Assembly (NCBI GenBank): GCA_965204725.1
Contig: OZ242005.1
Coordinates: forward strand, 288,001 to 352,000
From: Candidatus Latescibacterota bacterium
GTDB lineage: Bacteria > Latescibacterota > UBA2968 > UBA8231
DNA: 64,000 nt
Reading direction: 5' to 3'
The notes below the pieces were generated by a model. That model was given only the letters and a program-made list of their open reading frames with translations. It had not been told where the DNA came from and ran no database searches. The position numbers and the translations under genes were made by a program. Within the stretch, counting starts at the first letter, position 1, and each line of letters opens with the position of its first letter. Positions 10,494 through 22,136 of this stretch are shown here, piece by piece.

Positions 10494-13124
10494 ATGACGG
10501 AAAAGTACGTATATCTGTTTGGCACCTCCCAATCCGAAGGCGACAAGGAAATGCGCAACCTGCTCGGCGGCAAAGGCGCCAACCTCGCCGAAATGGCCCA
10601 GCTCGGCCTGCCCGTCCCAGCCGGTTTTACCATTACCACCGAAGTTTGCACCCACTACTACCACCACGACAAAACGTACCCCAGCGCACTCAAAGGCCAA
10701 GTAGAGCGCGCCGTTGCAGCCATCGAAGAAACCATGAGTATGCGCTTTGGCGACGCGGCCAACCCGCTCTTGCTATCCGTGCGTTCCGGGGCCAGAGTGT
10801 CCATGCCCGGCATGATGGAGACCGTGCTCAACCTCGGCCTCAACGACGAGATCGTGCAGGGGCTTATCGAACAATCGGGCGACCCGCGCTTTTGCTACGA
10901 CGTGTACCGCCGCTTTGTGCAAATGTACGGCGACGTGGTCATGGGCTTGCGGCCGGAGGACGAAACTGAAACCGACCCTTTCGAGGCCCTGCTCGAAGCG
11001 AAAAAGCACGCCCGGGGGGTCGCGCTCGACAGCGAACTAAGCGCCGAAGACCTGCGCGCATTGGTCGCCGAGTTTAAGGCCGAGATCGCCAAGCGGCTCA
11101 ACCGCACATTCCCCGAAGACCCCCACGAGCAGTTGTGGCAGGCCATCGGCGCGGTCTTTGGCTCTTGGCAGGGCCAGCGCGCCATCCGCTACCGAGAAAT
11201 CGAAGGCATCCCCCACGACTGGGGCACGGCCGTCAACGTCCAGTCCATGGTGTACGGCAATATGGGCGCCGATTGCGCCACGGGCGTGGCCTTCACCCGC
11301 AATCCCTCGACCGGGGAGAAACACCTGTACGGCGAGTTCCTCACCAACGCCCAAGGTGAAGACGTAGTCGCTGGCATCCGCACTCCTCAGCCCCTGTCCG
11401 AACTCAGCGGCCAAATGCCGCAAGTGTACGAGCAGTTTGAACGGATCTGCGCCCAGCTAGAGCCGCACTACCGCGACATGCAGGACGTGGAGTTCACCGT
11501 CCAAAAGGGCAAGCTGTGGATGCTGCAAACCCGCAACGGCAAGCGCACCGGGGCTGCGGCCGTGCAAATCGCCGTGGACATGGTCGCCGAAGGGCTGATC
11601 GCACGAGAGGAAGCCCTCCAGCGCGTCACCCCGGCTCAGATCGACCAGCTCCTCCATCCCACGTTTGCCGACTCCAGCCCCCGACACGTCATTGCCGAGG
11701 GCTTGCCGGCCTCCCCGGGGGCCGCGGTCGGCCAAGTCGTCTTCAACGCCAACGAGGCCGAAGCCCAAGCGGCCGCAGGCCAGCAGGTCATCTTGGTGCG
11801 CCAAGAGACGTCGCCCGAAGACATCGGCGGCATGGACGCGGCCCAAGGCATCCTCACCGCGCGCGGGGGCGCGTCCTCTCATGCCGCCCTAGTCGCGCGC
11901 GGCATGGGCAAGTGCTGCGTGGCCGGCTGCGAGGCCATAGCCATCAACTACCGCGAGGAGTTGTTTACCGCCGGCGACCAGACCGTCAAAAAGGGCGATT
12001 GGATCTCCATCGACGGCTCGTCCGGCCAAGTCATGCTGGGCCAAGTGCCCACTGTGGAGCCCAGTTTTTCAGCGGCGTTTGCGACCGTGATGAGCTGGGC
12101 CGACGACAAGCGCCGGCTGGCCGTCCGCACCAACGCCGATACGCCCCACGACTCTCAGGTGGCCCGCAAGTTCGGCGCGGAGGGCATCGGCTTGTGCCGC
12201 ACGGAGCACATGTTCTTCGAGGCCGACCGCATCGTGGCGGTGCGCGAGATGATCCTCGCTGGCGACGAGGCCGGCCGCCGCCGGGCGCTAGCCAAGCTCA
12301 AGCCCATACAGCGGCGCGATTTCGAGGGCATTTTCACCGCCATGGACGGCCTGCCCGTAACCATCCGCCTGCTAGACCCGCCGCTGCACGAGTTCTTGCC
12401 CCACGAGCCGGCCCAGCAAGCGCAAATGGCCGCGGAAATGGGCGTCCCCTTGAGCCAGATCGAGGCCAAAATCGCCTCCCTGCACGAGTTCAACCCCATG
12501 TTGGGGCACCGCGGCTGTCGCTTGGGGATCACGTACCCAGAAATCTACGAGATGCAGGTCGAGGCCATTTTCGAGGCCGCCGTCAACGTGCGGGCCACAG
12601 GCGTCAAGCCCCTGCCCGAAATTATGATCCCCCTCGTGGGAGCCGAGCGCGAGTTTAGCGACCTAAAGGCCATGGTCGACCGCGTCGCCATTGCCAGCGG
12701 CGGCACTATCGAGTATCTAGTAGGAACCATGATCGAAATTCCCCGCGCCGCCCTCCTCGCCGACCAAATCGCCGCGGAAGCCGAGTTTTTCAGCTTTGGG
12801 ACCAACGACCTGACCCAGCTCACCTTTGGCTATAGCCGCGACGACGCCGGCAAGTTCCTTCCCGAATACGTAGCCCAAGGCATTCTCGCCGACGATCCAT
12901 TCCAAAGCCTCGACCAAGAGGGCACCGGCCAGCTCGTGCGCCTCGGCACCGAGCGGGGCCGCAGCGCTCGTCCCCAGCTCAAGGTGGGCATCTGCGGCGA
13001 GCACGGCGGCGACCCAAGTTCGGTGACCTTTTGCCACGAAGTGGGGCTCGACTACGTGTCCTGTTCCCCCTACCGAGTGCCCATCGCCCGCTTGGCGGCC
13101 GCCCAAGCCGCCCTTGCCGAGTGA
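10494..13124 (+). CDS. ppdK: Pyruvate, phosphate dikinase
   Basis: [18 protein letters not shown], phospho-His [35 protein letters not shown]. Confidence 0.98.
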   Translation: MTEKYVYLFGTSQSEGDKEMRNLLGGKGANLAEMAQLGLPVPAGFTITTEVCTHYYHHDKTYPSALKGQVERAVAAIEETMSMRFGDAANPLLLSVRSGARVSMPGMMETVLNLGLNDEIVQGLIEQSGDPRFCYDVYRRFVQMYGDVVMGLRPEDETETDPFEALLEAKKHARGVALDSELSAEDLRALVAEFKAEIAKRLNRTFPEDPHEQLWQAIGAVFGSWQGQRAIRYREIEGIPHDWGTAVNVQSMVYGNMGADCATGVAFTRNPSTGEKHLYGEFLTNAQGEDVVAGIRTPQPLSELSGQMPQVYEQFERICAQLEPHYRDMQDVEFTVQKGKLWMLQTRNGKRTGAAAVQIAVDMVAEGLIAREEALQRVTPAQIDQLLHPTFADSSPRHVIAEGLPASPGAAVGQVVFNANEAEAQAAAGQQVILVRQETSPEDIGGMDAAQGILTARGGASSHAALVARGMGKCCVAGCEAIAINYREELFTAGDQTVKKGDWISIDGSSGQVMLGQVPTVEPSFSAAFATVMSWADDKRRLAVRTNADTPHDSQVARKFGAEGIGLCRTEHMFFEADRIVAVREMILAGDEAGRRRALAKLKPIQRRDFEGIFTAMDGLPVTIRLLDPPLHEFLPHEPAQQAQMAAEMGVPLSQIEAKIASLHEFNPMLGHRGCRLGITYPEIYEMQVEAIFEAAVNVRATGVKPLPEIMIPLVGAEREFSDLKAMVDRVAIASGGTIEYLVGTMIEIPRAALLADQIAAEAEFFSFGTNDLTQLTFGYSRDDAGKFLPEYVAQGILADDPFQSLDQEGTGQLVRLGTERGRSARPQLKVGICGEHGGDPSSVTFCHEVGLDYVSCSPYRVPIARLAAAQAALAE

Positions 13125-13132
13125 GCTTTGAC

Positions 13133-13900
13133 ATGGGTCGGGTCATCGCCATATCCAATCAAAAAGGAGGGGTCGGCAAGACGACTACGGCCGTCAACTT
13201 GGCGGCTAGCCTCGCCGTGGCCGAGCAAAATACTTTGCTCATCGACATGGACCCGCAGGCCAACGCCTCTTCTGGCTGTGGCTTTCAGACCGGCGCGGAG
13301 ATCGAAACGGCCAATATCTACCACGCGCTGATCGGGCAAAAGACGCCCGCCGAGGTCATCTACGAGACCAAGATACCCTTTCTGTCCTTAATTCCCTCGC
13401 ACATCAACCTGACGGGCGCCGAGGTCGAAATGGTCAACATGATCGCCCGCGAGCAAAAGTTAGACGGGCTGCTCGACCAAGTCCGCGACCAATACGCTTA
13501 TATCATTCTCGACTGTCCGCCCTCTTTGGGCCTGTTGACCATCAACGCCCTGACGGCCGCCGACTCCGTGATGATACCCATTCAGTGCGAGTACTACGCG
13601 CTAGAGGGCCTCGGCCGGCTGCTCAACACCGTGCGCCAGATCCAACGCCACCTCAATCCCAAGCTCCAGATCGCCGGCGTCCTGCTCACCATGTTCGACG
13701 GGCGCTTGAACCTATCGCGCCAAGTGTCTTCCGAGGTCAAGTCCTATTTCGGCAACAAGGTTTACAAGACCTCCATCAGCCGCAACGTGCGGTTGGCCGA
13801 GGCCCCTAGCCACGGTCAACCCATCGTACTCTACGACATTCTGTCGCAGGGATCTCAAGATTATATGAGCCTTGCAGGAGAAGTGATCAACCATGGGTAA
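13133..13900 (+). CDS. parA: ParA/Soj chromosome partitioning ATPase
   Basis: [43 protein letters not shown]. Confidence 0.96.
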   Translation: MGRVIAISNQKGGVGKTTTAVNLAASLAVAEQNTLLIDMDPQANASSGCGFQTGAEIETANIYHALIGQKTPAEVIYETKIPFLSLIPSHINLTGAEVEMVNMIAREQKLDGLLDQVRDQYAYIILDCPPSLGLLTINALTAADSVMIPIQCEYYALEGLGRLLNTVRQIQRHLNPKLQIAGVLLTMFDGRLNLSRQVSSEVKSYFGNKVYKTSISRNVRLAEAPSHGQPIVLYDILSQGSQDYMSLAGEVINHG

Positions 13901-14762
13901 GAAGCCGGTTCTCGGCAAAGGCATCAGCGCCCTCATCCCGGAATATGCCGAACCTAGCGGCCAAGGCGACGCTACGCGCCAAGTCGTCCATCTCAACGTC
14001 GATGAGATTGAACCCAACCCCCATCAAGCCCGCACCGAGTTCGACGAGGAGCGCATTGACGAGCTGATGTACTCAATTCAAGAAAAAGGCGTCATCCAGC
14101 CCATCGCCGTCAACCGCATCGGCCAGACCTACCAAATCATCGCCGGCGAGCGCCGCTGGCGGGCCGTCAAGAAGGCGGGGATTCAACAAATACCGGCCAT
14201 CGTCCACGAAATCGAGTCCCAGCAAGACTTGATGGAGCTGTCGCTAATCGAGAACATCCAGCGCGAAAACCTGACCCCCATCGAAGAGGCCGAAGGCTAC
14301 CGCTCGCTCACCGACAAGTGCTTTCTCACCCAAGAGGAAGTCGCCCGCAAAGTGGGGAAAAATCGCTCGACCGTCACCAATCTTCTCCGGCTGCTGCAAC
14401 TGCCGCACGAAGTCCAAGACTTCTTGCGCCGCGGCCAATTGCAAATGGGGCACGCCCGCGCCCTGCTCGGCCTCGAAGAAGACGAAGACCGGCTCGCGCT
14501 GGCTCGCCGGGCCGTCGAGGAGAAAATGGCCGTCCGCGAGGTCGAAAAGGCGGTCGCAAATCAGCGCATTGGTCGCAAAAAAAAGAAAACGCCCAAAGAA
14601 ATCTCCACCGATCCCCACATCCGCGACTATGAGGAGCGGTTGCAGCACCGCTTCGGCACGGCCGTCAACATCCGCCGCAAGGCAAACAAGGGGTGGATTC
14701 AGGTCGAATTTTACAACGACGGCGATCTAGAGCGCCTGCTCGACCTGCTCGACAGCGAATGA
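13893..14762 (+). CDS. parB: ParB/Spo0J partitioning protein
   Basis: [35 protein letters not shown]; overlaps the parA stop. Confidence 0.96.
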   Translation: MGKKPVLGKGISALIPEYAEPSGQGDATRQVVHLNVDEIEPNPHQARTEFDEERIDELMYSIQEKGVIQPIAVNRIGQTYQIIAGERRWRAVKKAGIQQIPAIVHEIESQQDLMELSLIENIQRENLTPIEEAEGYRSLTDKCFLTQEEVARKVGKNRSTVTNLLRLLQLPHEVQDFLRRGQLQMGHARALLGLEEDEDRLALARRAVEEKMAVREVEKAVANQRIGRKKKKTPKEISTDPHIRDYEERLQHRFGTAVNIRRKANKGWIQVEFYNDGDLERLLDLLDSE

Positions 14763-16138
14763 ACCTCGGTTGGTGCCGCTTGGCCCCACTGCTCGCCCTC
14801 GGCGCCTGTAGCTTGCTCCACGACGAGCTTCCCAACGATCCCCCGACCGTGCATTTGGCGCGGATGACCTGCCAGCCGCCAAATCAAGCCTCCCTCGACA
14901 CCCTAATAAACAGCGCGGGCGCGGTCTGCCGGGTCCAGCGCGGCGGCGAGATTCGCTTTGAAATCCGCGCAGCCGACGAAGACGACGATCCCGTGTTCTA
15001 CGAGTGGAAAGCCCCGGCCGGAGGCCGCTTCCGCGATTCGCAGGCCCAAGAGACCAACGCTTGGTTCGCCCCCCAAACCATTGACGGCTCCAGCGAGCAA
15101 TTCGTCGTGCAGGTCCTCATAACCGACCGCAACTGCAAGGTCGTACCCGATCCAGCCGACCGCCAGCGCTGCGACGAAGACGCACGAGTGCTGGTCGAAA
15201 ACTTTATCGTGGAGGTCGTGCAGCGCGCCCCGGTGTTGGAAGTACGGGCCGACGCGACCGGCGCGTTTGCCGCCCCGCACCTATTTATCGACGCGCTTGG
15301 AACCGACCCAGACGGCGATCCGCTCGAATACCACTGGGAGCCGGTCGATGGGGACCGCCTCGGCGTATGGCCGGAGGCCCTCCGCGACGAGGAAACCGGT
15401 CGGCCCATCGGCTCGCGTGCCATGGTCGTCGCCTTCTTTCCCGGCCCCCACACGCTGCGCGTTGCCGCCAGCGACGGCGCGGCACGCACGGAGCGCGAAA
15501 TCACCCTCCAAGTAACTGAGCCACCGCTACCGGCTGGCGGCATGGTGCGCCTGAGCCTGCCAACCACCGGCCAAGCCTACGAAATGGACGCGTACGAGTA
15601 TCCCAACGCCCGCGGCGAGCGGCCCCAGTCCGCTTCGTTTTTCCACGCGGCTCGCCAGTGCGCAGCCGTTGGCAAACGCCTGTGCCAGCCGAGCGAGTGG
15701 CGCGCAGCGTGTCGAGCCGGCCAAATGCGGAGTTTTTCTTCGACCGACGATTTGGCCGCCTACGACAGCCGCGACCACTTTGGCGTACGCTTTTGCAACG
15801 TGCCGGGTTCGGCCTTTTCTCAACTCGGCAGCGACCCAACCGACCAAATCGCGCCCTCCGGCTCGTTTCCCAACTGCGGCGGCGCGACCGGCATCTTCGA
15901 CCTGACCGGCAACATGGACGAGTGGGTCGCCGCGATTGACGACGCCGGCGATCTAGCGGTGTACGTCGCAGCAAGCAGCGTATTTGCCAGCGGTGCTTGC
16001 GACAGCGCGACCCTTGTGGGCACCCTGTCCATCAAGGGCCGCGACCCGTACGATCTAGAGGCCCTCGCGGAAATCGTCGCCGACTCGCCCCTGCAAAACT
16101 ACGAGCAGCCCCTCCTTGGCTTCCGCTGCTGCCGTTGA
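14759..16138 (+). CDS. Lipoprotein with Ig/PKD-like repeats and C-terminal SUMF1/FGE-like (C-type lectin fold) domain
   Basis: Lipobox LALGAC; two DxDxDP-x-x-Y-x-W units; MDAYEYPN, KRLC..EW..AC, GIFDLTGNMDEW, GFRCCR. ATGA overlap with parB. Confidence 0.75.
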   Translation: MNLGWCRLAPLLALGACSLLHDELPNDPPTVHLARMTCQPPNQASLDTLINSAGAVCRVQRGGEIRFEIRAADEDDDPVFYEWKAPAGGRFRDSQAQETNAWFAPQTIDGSSEQFVVQVLITDRNCKVVPDPADRQRCDEDARVLVENFIVEVVQRAPVLEVRADATGAFAAPHLFIDALGTDPDGDPLEYHWEPVDGDRLGVWPEALRDEETGRPIGSRAMVVAFFPGPHTLRVAASDGAARTEREITLQVTEPPLPAGGMVRLSLPTTGQAYEMDAYEYPNARGERPQSASFFHAARQCAAVGKRLCQPSEWRAACRAGQMRSFSSTDDLAAYDSRDHFGVRFCNVPGSAFSQLGSDPTDQIAPSGSFPNCGGATGIFDLTGNMDEWVAAIDDAGDLAVYVAASSVFASGACDSATLVGTLSIKGRDPYDLEALAEIVADSPLQNYEQPLLGFRCCR

Positions 16139-16153
16139 CCCCGCTTCCAAGTC

Positions 16154-16918
16154 ATGGATCCAGCACAACTCCGCCATCTGCTAGACCAAGTAGCCACCGG
16201 CGCTCTCGAGCCGAGCCAAGCCTTAGAGCGGCTTAGGAACCTGCCTTTTGAGAACCTCGGATTTGCCCACGTCGATCATCACCGCGCCCTGCGCACCGGG
16301 TTCCCAGAAGTCATTTTCGGCCAAGGCAAGACCTGCGAGCAGGTGCTGGCCATTGCCGAGCGCGTCATCGCCCACGGCGCTCAGGTGCTGGCCACCCGCG
16401 TCGAAGCGGCCACGGCCCAAGCACTCGTCGAGTGCTTCGACCGCGCCGAGCACGACCCCCTCGCCCGCACGGTCCTAGTGCCGACAGCCAAACGCCCCGC
16501 GCCCGAGGGCCTAGTAGCCGTAGTCGCGGCTGGCACCTCGGACTTACCCGTAGCCCGCGAAGCCATCGTCACGGCCCGGGCGATGGGAGCGCATGTCGAG
16601 GAGGTCTGCGATGTCGGCGTCGCTGGCCTGCACCGGCTCTTGGCCTATCGCACGCTCTTGCAGCGGGCGCGAGCCATCGTCGTCGTCGCTGGGATGGAGG
16701 GCGCACTCGCCAGCGTCGTCGGCGGGCTGGTGGATGTTCCGGTCGTGGCCGTGCCGACTAGCGTGGGCTACGGCGCGAGTTTCCACGGCCTCGCCGCGCT
16801 CTTGGCCATGCTCAACTCCTGTGCCGCCGGCGTGGTTGTCGTCAACATCGACAACGGCTTTGGCGCGGGGTACGCAGCCGCCCAGATCAACCGCCGCCCC
16901 CACCAGCCCCCCGAATGA
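16154..16918 (+). CDS. larB: Nickel pincer cofactor biosynthesis protein LarB (AIR carboxylase-like)
   Basis: DHHRALRTGFPEV, AGTSDLPVA, DVGVAGLHRL, AGMEGAL, PTSVGYG, VVNIDNGFGA. Confidence 0.92.
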   Translation: MDPAQLRHLLDQVATGALEPSQALERLRNLPFENLGFAHVDHHRALRTGFPEVIFGQGKTCEQVLAIAERVIAHGAQVLATRVEAATAQALVECFDRAEHDPLARTVLVPTAKRPAPEGLVAVVAAGTSDLPVAREAIVTARAMGAHVEEVCDVGVAGLHRLLAYRTLLQRARAIVVVAGMEGALASVVGGLVDVPVVAVPTSVGYGASFHGLAALLAMLNSCAAGVVVVNIDNGFGAGYAAAQINRRPHQPPE

Positions 16919-17499
16919 TTCACGTCGCCGTGCTGGCCGGCGGGCAGAGCCGCCGCATGGGCCGCGACAAAGCCCTCCTGCCGCTAGGCGGCCAGACCCT
17001 AATTGAGCGCGTCCTCGCCGCGGCTCGTCCCCTCGCCTATCCCGGCCTCATCGTCGGCGATCCGGTCGCCTATGGCCATCTCGGATGGCCCGTCCATCCC
17101 GACTGCCACCCCGGGCGCGGGCCGCTGGGCGGTCTGTACACCGCGCTCCGCACAACCGCCGCGCCCGTGCTCCTCCTCGCCTGCGACCTGCCCTTCCTCA
17201 CCCCGGCCTTCCTCCGCTACCTCGTCAGTCGGCGCGGGCCGCAGCAAGCGGTCGTGCCCCACACGACCACCGGGCTACAGCCGCTCTGCGCGCTCTACGA
17301 GCCATCCTGCATGGCGGCCGTAGAAGCAGCCATGCAGGCCGATCAACTCGGCATGCGCCGCCTGCTGGACAATCTGAGTTTGGATTTGGTACGGGAAAGG
17401 GACTGGCGACCCTACGACGAGCGCGGCCTACTTTTTGCCAACCTCAACGCACCCGCAGAGTACCAGCGGGCGCAAGCCGCACTTCTAAGAAGCTGTTGA
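16915..17499 (+). CDS. mobA: Molybdenum cofactor guanylyltransferase (MobA-like)
   Basis: LAGGQSRRMGRDKA, GPLGGL, ACDLP, QPLCALY, NLN.P. Confidence 0.85.
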   Translation: MIHVAVLAGGQSRRMGRDKALLPLGGQTLIERVLAAARPLAYPGLIVGDPVAYGHLGWPVHPDCHPGRGPLGGLYTALRTTAAPVLLLACDLPFLTPAFLRYLVSRRGPQQAVVPHTTTGLQPLCALYEPSCMAAVEAAMQADQLGMRRLLDNLSLDLVRERDWRPYDERGLLFANLNAPAEYQRAQAALLRSC

Positions 17500-17602
17500 G
17501 TAAAACGAAGCGTCGGTGTCGTCCGGCGATTTTACGGTGATTTCAGATGGTGCGGCGGTGCAATAGGTGCGCCGCAAAAGCGGCAGCGGCGAGTCGTAAG
17601 CG

Positions 17603-17884
17603 GGGACGCGGGTTGTGGGTATTAAGGTAGTTTGCTGAGGAGGCCAAACAGCAGGCTGCCAATGGCGATCAGGGTTGTTAGCTGAATACCGACTAGCCAG
17701 CGGAATTGCTTCCGCATTTCAGAACGCACCTCGGCAAACCCGGCCGCCATAGTACGCTCCATCGAATCCAAGCGGTGGTCTAACTGCTCGGCAATGCCTT
17801 CTAATCGTCCAATGCGGCGGTCGTGGTCTTGCGCTTGAGTTAAGGGTTGTTCTGTCATTTTGCGCTTCTTTCGGTTGGGTGCGC
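17603..17884 (-). repeat. Direct repeat unit 1 (small gene plus flanks)
   Basis: Shares GGGACGCGGGTTGTGGGyATTAAGGTAGTTTG and most of the gene and upstream leader with 18859-19183. Confidence 0.8.
17622..17858 (-). CDS. Small coiled-coil protein with C-terminal membrane anchor (DUF1640/CCDC90-like architecture), copy 1, 78 aa
   Basis: MTEQPLTQAQDHDRRIGRLEG...QFRWLVGIQLTTLIAIGSLL; start inferred from the paralog at 18878-19156. Confidence 0.75.
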   Translation of the reverse strand: MTEQPLTQAQDHDRRIGRLEGIAEQLDHRLDSMERTMAAGFAEVRSEMRKQFRWLVGIQLTTLIAIGSLLFGLLSKLP

Positions 17885-17935
17885 CGCCCCTGCCGATAGC
17901 GCGGGCAGCGGCGGAACGGAAATTTTGCACGCTTT

Positions 17936-18805
17936 CTAAAAACCGGCATCCACCACGCTCAACACTAACAATAGCGGCAGGTAGAGCACCGAAGCCTTGA
18001 GCAGTCGCCGCGCACTGGTCGCAGAACGCGAGAAGCTAAGCGCGAGCCCGGAGGCGAAAAACAGCATCCCCAACACCAACGCCCCGACTAGATAAAGCGG
18101 CCCAGTAAGGCCCATGAACGAAGGCAACACCGAAAAAATCAGCAGCAGCACCAAGTAGCCCACGACCTGCCAACAGGTGCTGTTCCCATCCGGCTCGACA
18201 ACGGGCAACATCTTAAAACCGCCGCGCCGATAGTCGTCGCGGAAAATCCAAGCAATGGCGTAGAAGTGCGGGTGCTGCCAAGCAAAGAGAATGAGAAACA
18301 GGACCACGGCCCCCGGATCAATCGCGTCGGTCGCCGCCGTCCAGCCCCCTACGGGCGGCAGGGCACCGGGCACGGCCCCCAGCGAGGTATTGAGCCAACT
18401 TTGCCGCTTGATCGGGGTGTACACCACCACGTAGAGAAATGCGGAGAGGAGCGCCAGAAACGCCGTCAACAACCCCGTGGTAAAAAGCAGGAAAAACACC
18501 CCGCTCAGCACGAGCACAAACCCCATCAGCAGAGCCGTCCCCGGCTTGACGCGCCCGGCCGGCAAGGGCCGATGGCGCGTACGCTCCATCAAACCATCGA
18601 CATCGCGCTCCAGATATTGGTTGAGCACCGACGAGCCGCACGTAGTCAAGCCCGTGCCGACGAGCAGGCAGCAAAAAAGCAGCGGCGCGTGGATTCCCTG
18701 CCCCCCTAAGAAAAAGCCCAAGGCGGCCGTAACCAGCACCAAAAAAGCAATTCTCGGTTTAGTCAGCGTCCAATAGTCGCGCCAAGTAGCGGTCGTGTTC
18801 GGCAT
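17936..18805 (-). CDS. cyoE: Protoheme IX farnesyltransferase (heme o synthase)
   Basis: LTKPRI, NQYLERDVDGLMERTRHRPLP, YTPIKR, GALPP..GW, WQHPHF.A, DYRRGGFKMLP. Confidence 0.95.
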   Translation of the reverse strand: MPNTTATWRDYWTLTKPRIAFLVLVTAALGFFLGGQGIHAPLLFCCLLVGTGLTTCGSSVLNQYLERDVDGLMERTRHRPLPAGRVKPGTALLMGFVLVLSGVFFLLFTTGLLTAFLALLSAFLYVVVYTPIKRQSWLNTSLGAVPGALPPVGGWTAATDAIDPGAVVLFLILFAWQHPHFYAIAWIFRDDYRRGGFKMLPVVEPDGNSTCWQVVGYLVLLLIFSVLPSFMGLTGPLYLVGALVLGMLFFASGLALSFSRSATSARRLLKASVLYLPLLLVLSVVDAGF

Positions 18806-18858
18806 TTCATCCACTGCTATAAAATAAGGGAATCCCAAGCCAGTCGAGGAACCAGTCC

Positions 18859-19183
18859 GGGACGCGGGTTGTGGGCATTAAGGTAGTTTGATGAGGATGC
18901 CTAACAGTAGGCTGCCAATGGCGATCAGGGTGGTGATCTGTATGCCCACAATCCAACGGAATTGTGCATCGAGGCGGCGATGGATGGTGGCAATCTCGTT
19001 CCGCACTTCGCCGCGCAACTCGGCAATCGCCCGTTCAAGGGCGTCGATACGCTTTTCAATGGAGTCCAAGCGGTGGTCTAACTGCTCGACAATGCCTTCT
19101 AGCCGTCCAATGCGGCGGTCATGATCTTGCGCTTGAGTTAGGGGTTGCTCTGTCATTTTGCGTTCTTTTCGGTTAGGTGTGCC
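18859..19183 (-). repeat. Direct repeat unit 2 (small gene plus flanks)
   Basis: Matches 17603-17884 at both ends; diverges in the middle. Confidence 0.8.
18878..19156 (-). CDS. Small coiled-coil protein with C-terminal membrane anchor, copy 2, 92 aa
   Basis: Head nearly identical to copy 1, stalk 14 aa longer, similar TM anchor ending KLP. Confidence 0.75.
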   Translation of the reverse strand: MTEQPLTQAQDHDRRIGRLEGIVEQLDHRLDSIEKRIDALERAIAELRGEVRNEIATIHRRLDAQFRWIVGIQITTLIAIGSLLLGILIKLP

Positions 19184-19596
19184 ATTTGACGAGGGCCACC
19201 CGCAGCCTAGCCGTGCAGACCTAACTAAGTAAGCCCAACACGCACCGCCGAGCAAGCGGCGAAACGCTGGCTGAGCAGGTGGCTGAGCATCTCTTTTTTG
19301 AACACAATGCCGATCATGGCGCGGCTCCTGTAGGTTCGAGGAGTGGATTACTGCCTTAATGACCGCATCTCCATATCGACGCATGGGCTATAAGGCTGGG
19401 TTATAGGGCCTTGAATACAAACAGAACCGGCGCGTCATGAGGTGCGAAAATTTCTACGAGTCGCCACATACTCTTCTTGGGGCTCCAGACGAGTCGGACG
19501 AACAACGGGAAGCGCACTGGCCCTTTTTCAAAGTCGGCGCACTCGTCCGGCCCTTCGGCGGTTGCGTTGGCCAATGCAGCGTTAAAACAGATTGGC

Positions 19597-19623
19597 CACA
19601 AAAGGCACAAAAGGCACAAAAGG
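19597..19623 (+). repeat. Tandem 9-bp repeat (CACAAAAGG)x3
   Basis: Three perfect units directly upstream of the ligA -35 box. Confidence 0.85.
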
Positions 19624-19629
19624 GGCGGG

Positions 19630-21679
<2,050 letters not shown>

Positions 21680-21736
21680 GCAGCTATCTGAAAAATCCAC
21701 CTTGGGGCGTGTTGAACCAGCCATAGAGACGGTCTT

Positions 21737-21764
21737 CGTCATTCCCGCGCAAGCGGGAATCCAG
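21737..21764 (+). repeat. CGTC-type REP / dRS3-like palindrome
   Basis: CGTC-ATTCCC-GCGCAAGC-GGGAAT-CCAG, i.e. ATTCCC-N8-GGGAAT, between convergent genes. Confidence 0.75.
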
Positions 21765-21822
21765 CGGGGGGCCGGGGGCCTCCTGCACACAAGCGACAAC
21801 ACCCAACGTTTGCCGACAGCTT

Positions 21823-22122
21823 CTAATTCCCTAGCTCCTGCTTAGCTTGCTCAAAAATCTCGCCGGCCCTTTCCAGCAGTTCCTCGCCCCACATCACGAC
21901 CTCGCTCTCCACCGCTTCAACCCGTTTCCACCAGTCTGGGTCGTCGCGATGAGTAAAGTACAGGCCGACCAGCAAGACCAGCGCACACACGACCGCGATT
22001 TTGAAAACCTTGCGCAGCAAGCTGCCTAGCAAGACCACCGCCGCGACCAACAACAAGAGGGCAATGAGCGGATGCGCCTCCGCATATTCGATGATCGCTT
22101 CTAGGGAAAAATCGTCCAGCAT
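21823..22122 (-). CDS. Small membrane protein (2 TM helices), hypothetical
   Basis: AGGAG RBS; two hydrophobic segments separated by RKVFK; acidic helical tail. Confidence 0.7.
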   Translation of the reverse strand: MLDDFSLEAIIEYAEAHPLIALLLLVAAVVLLGSLLRKVFKIAVVCALVLLVGLYFTHRDDPDWWKRVEAVESEVVMWGEELLERAGEIFEQAKQELGN

Positions 22123-22136
22123 AGCCAGCTCCTAAA

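Noticed and set aside
13133-14762. parS site or replication origin near parAB
   Set aside because: No TGTTTCACGTGAAACA-like palindrome, dnaA gene or DnaA-box cluster was noticed; the scan was by eye only.
17870-19240. GTTRRRY and RYYYAAC motifs near the duplicated small genes as integron attC sites
   Set aside because: Orientation and pairing do not form an attC hairpin, one candidate lies inside coding sequence, and no integrase is present.
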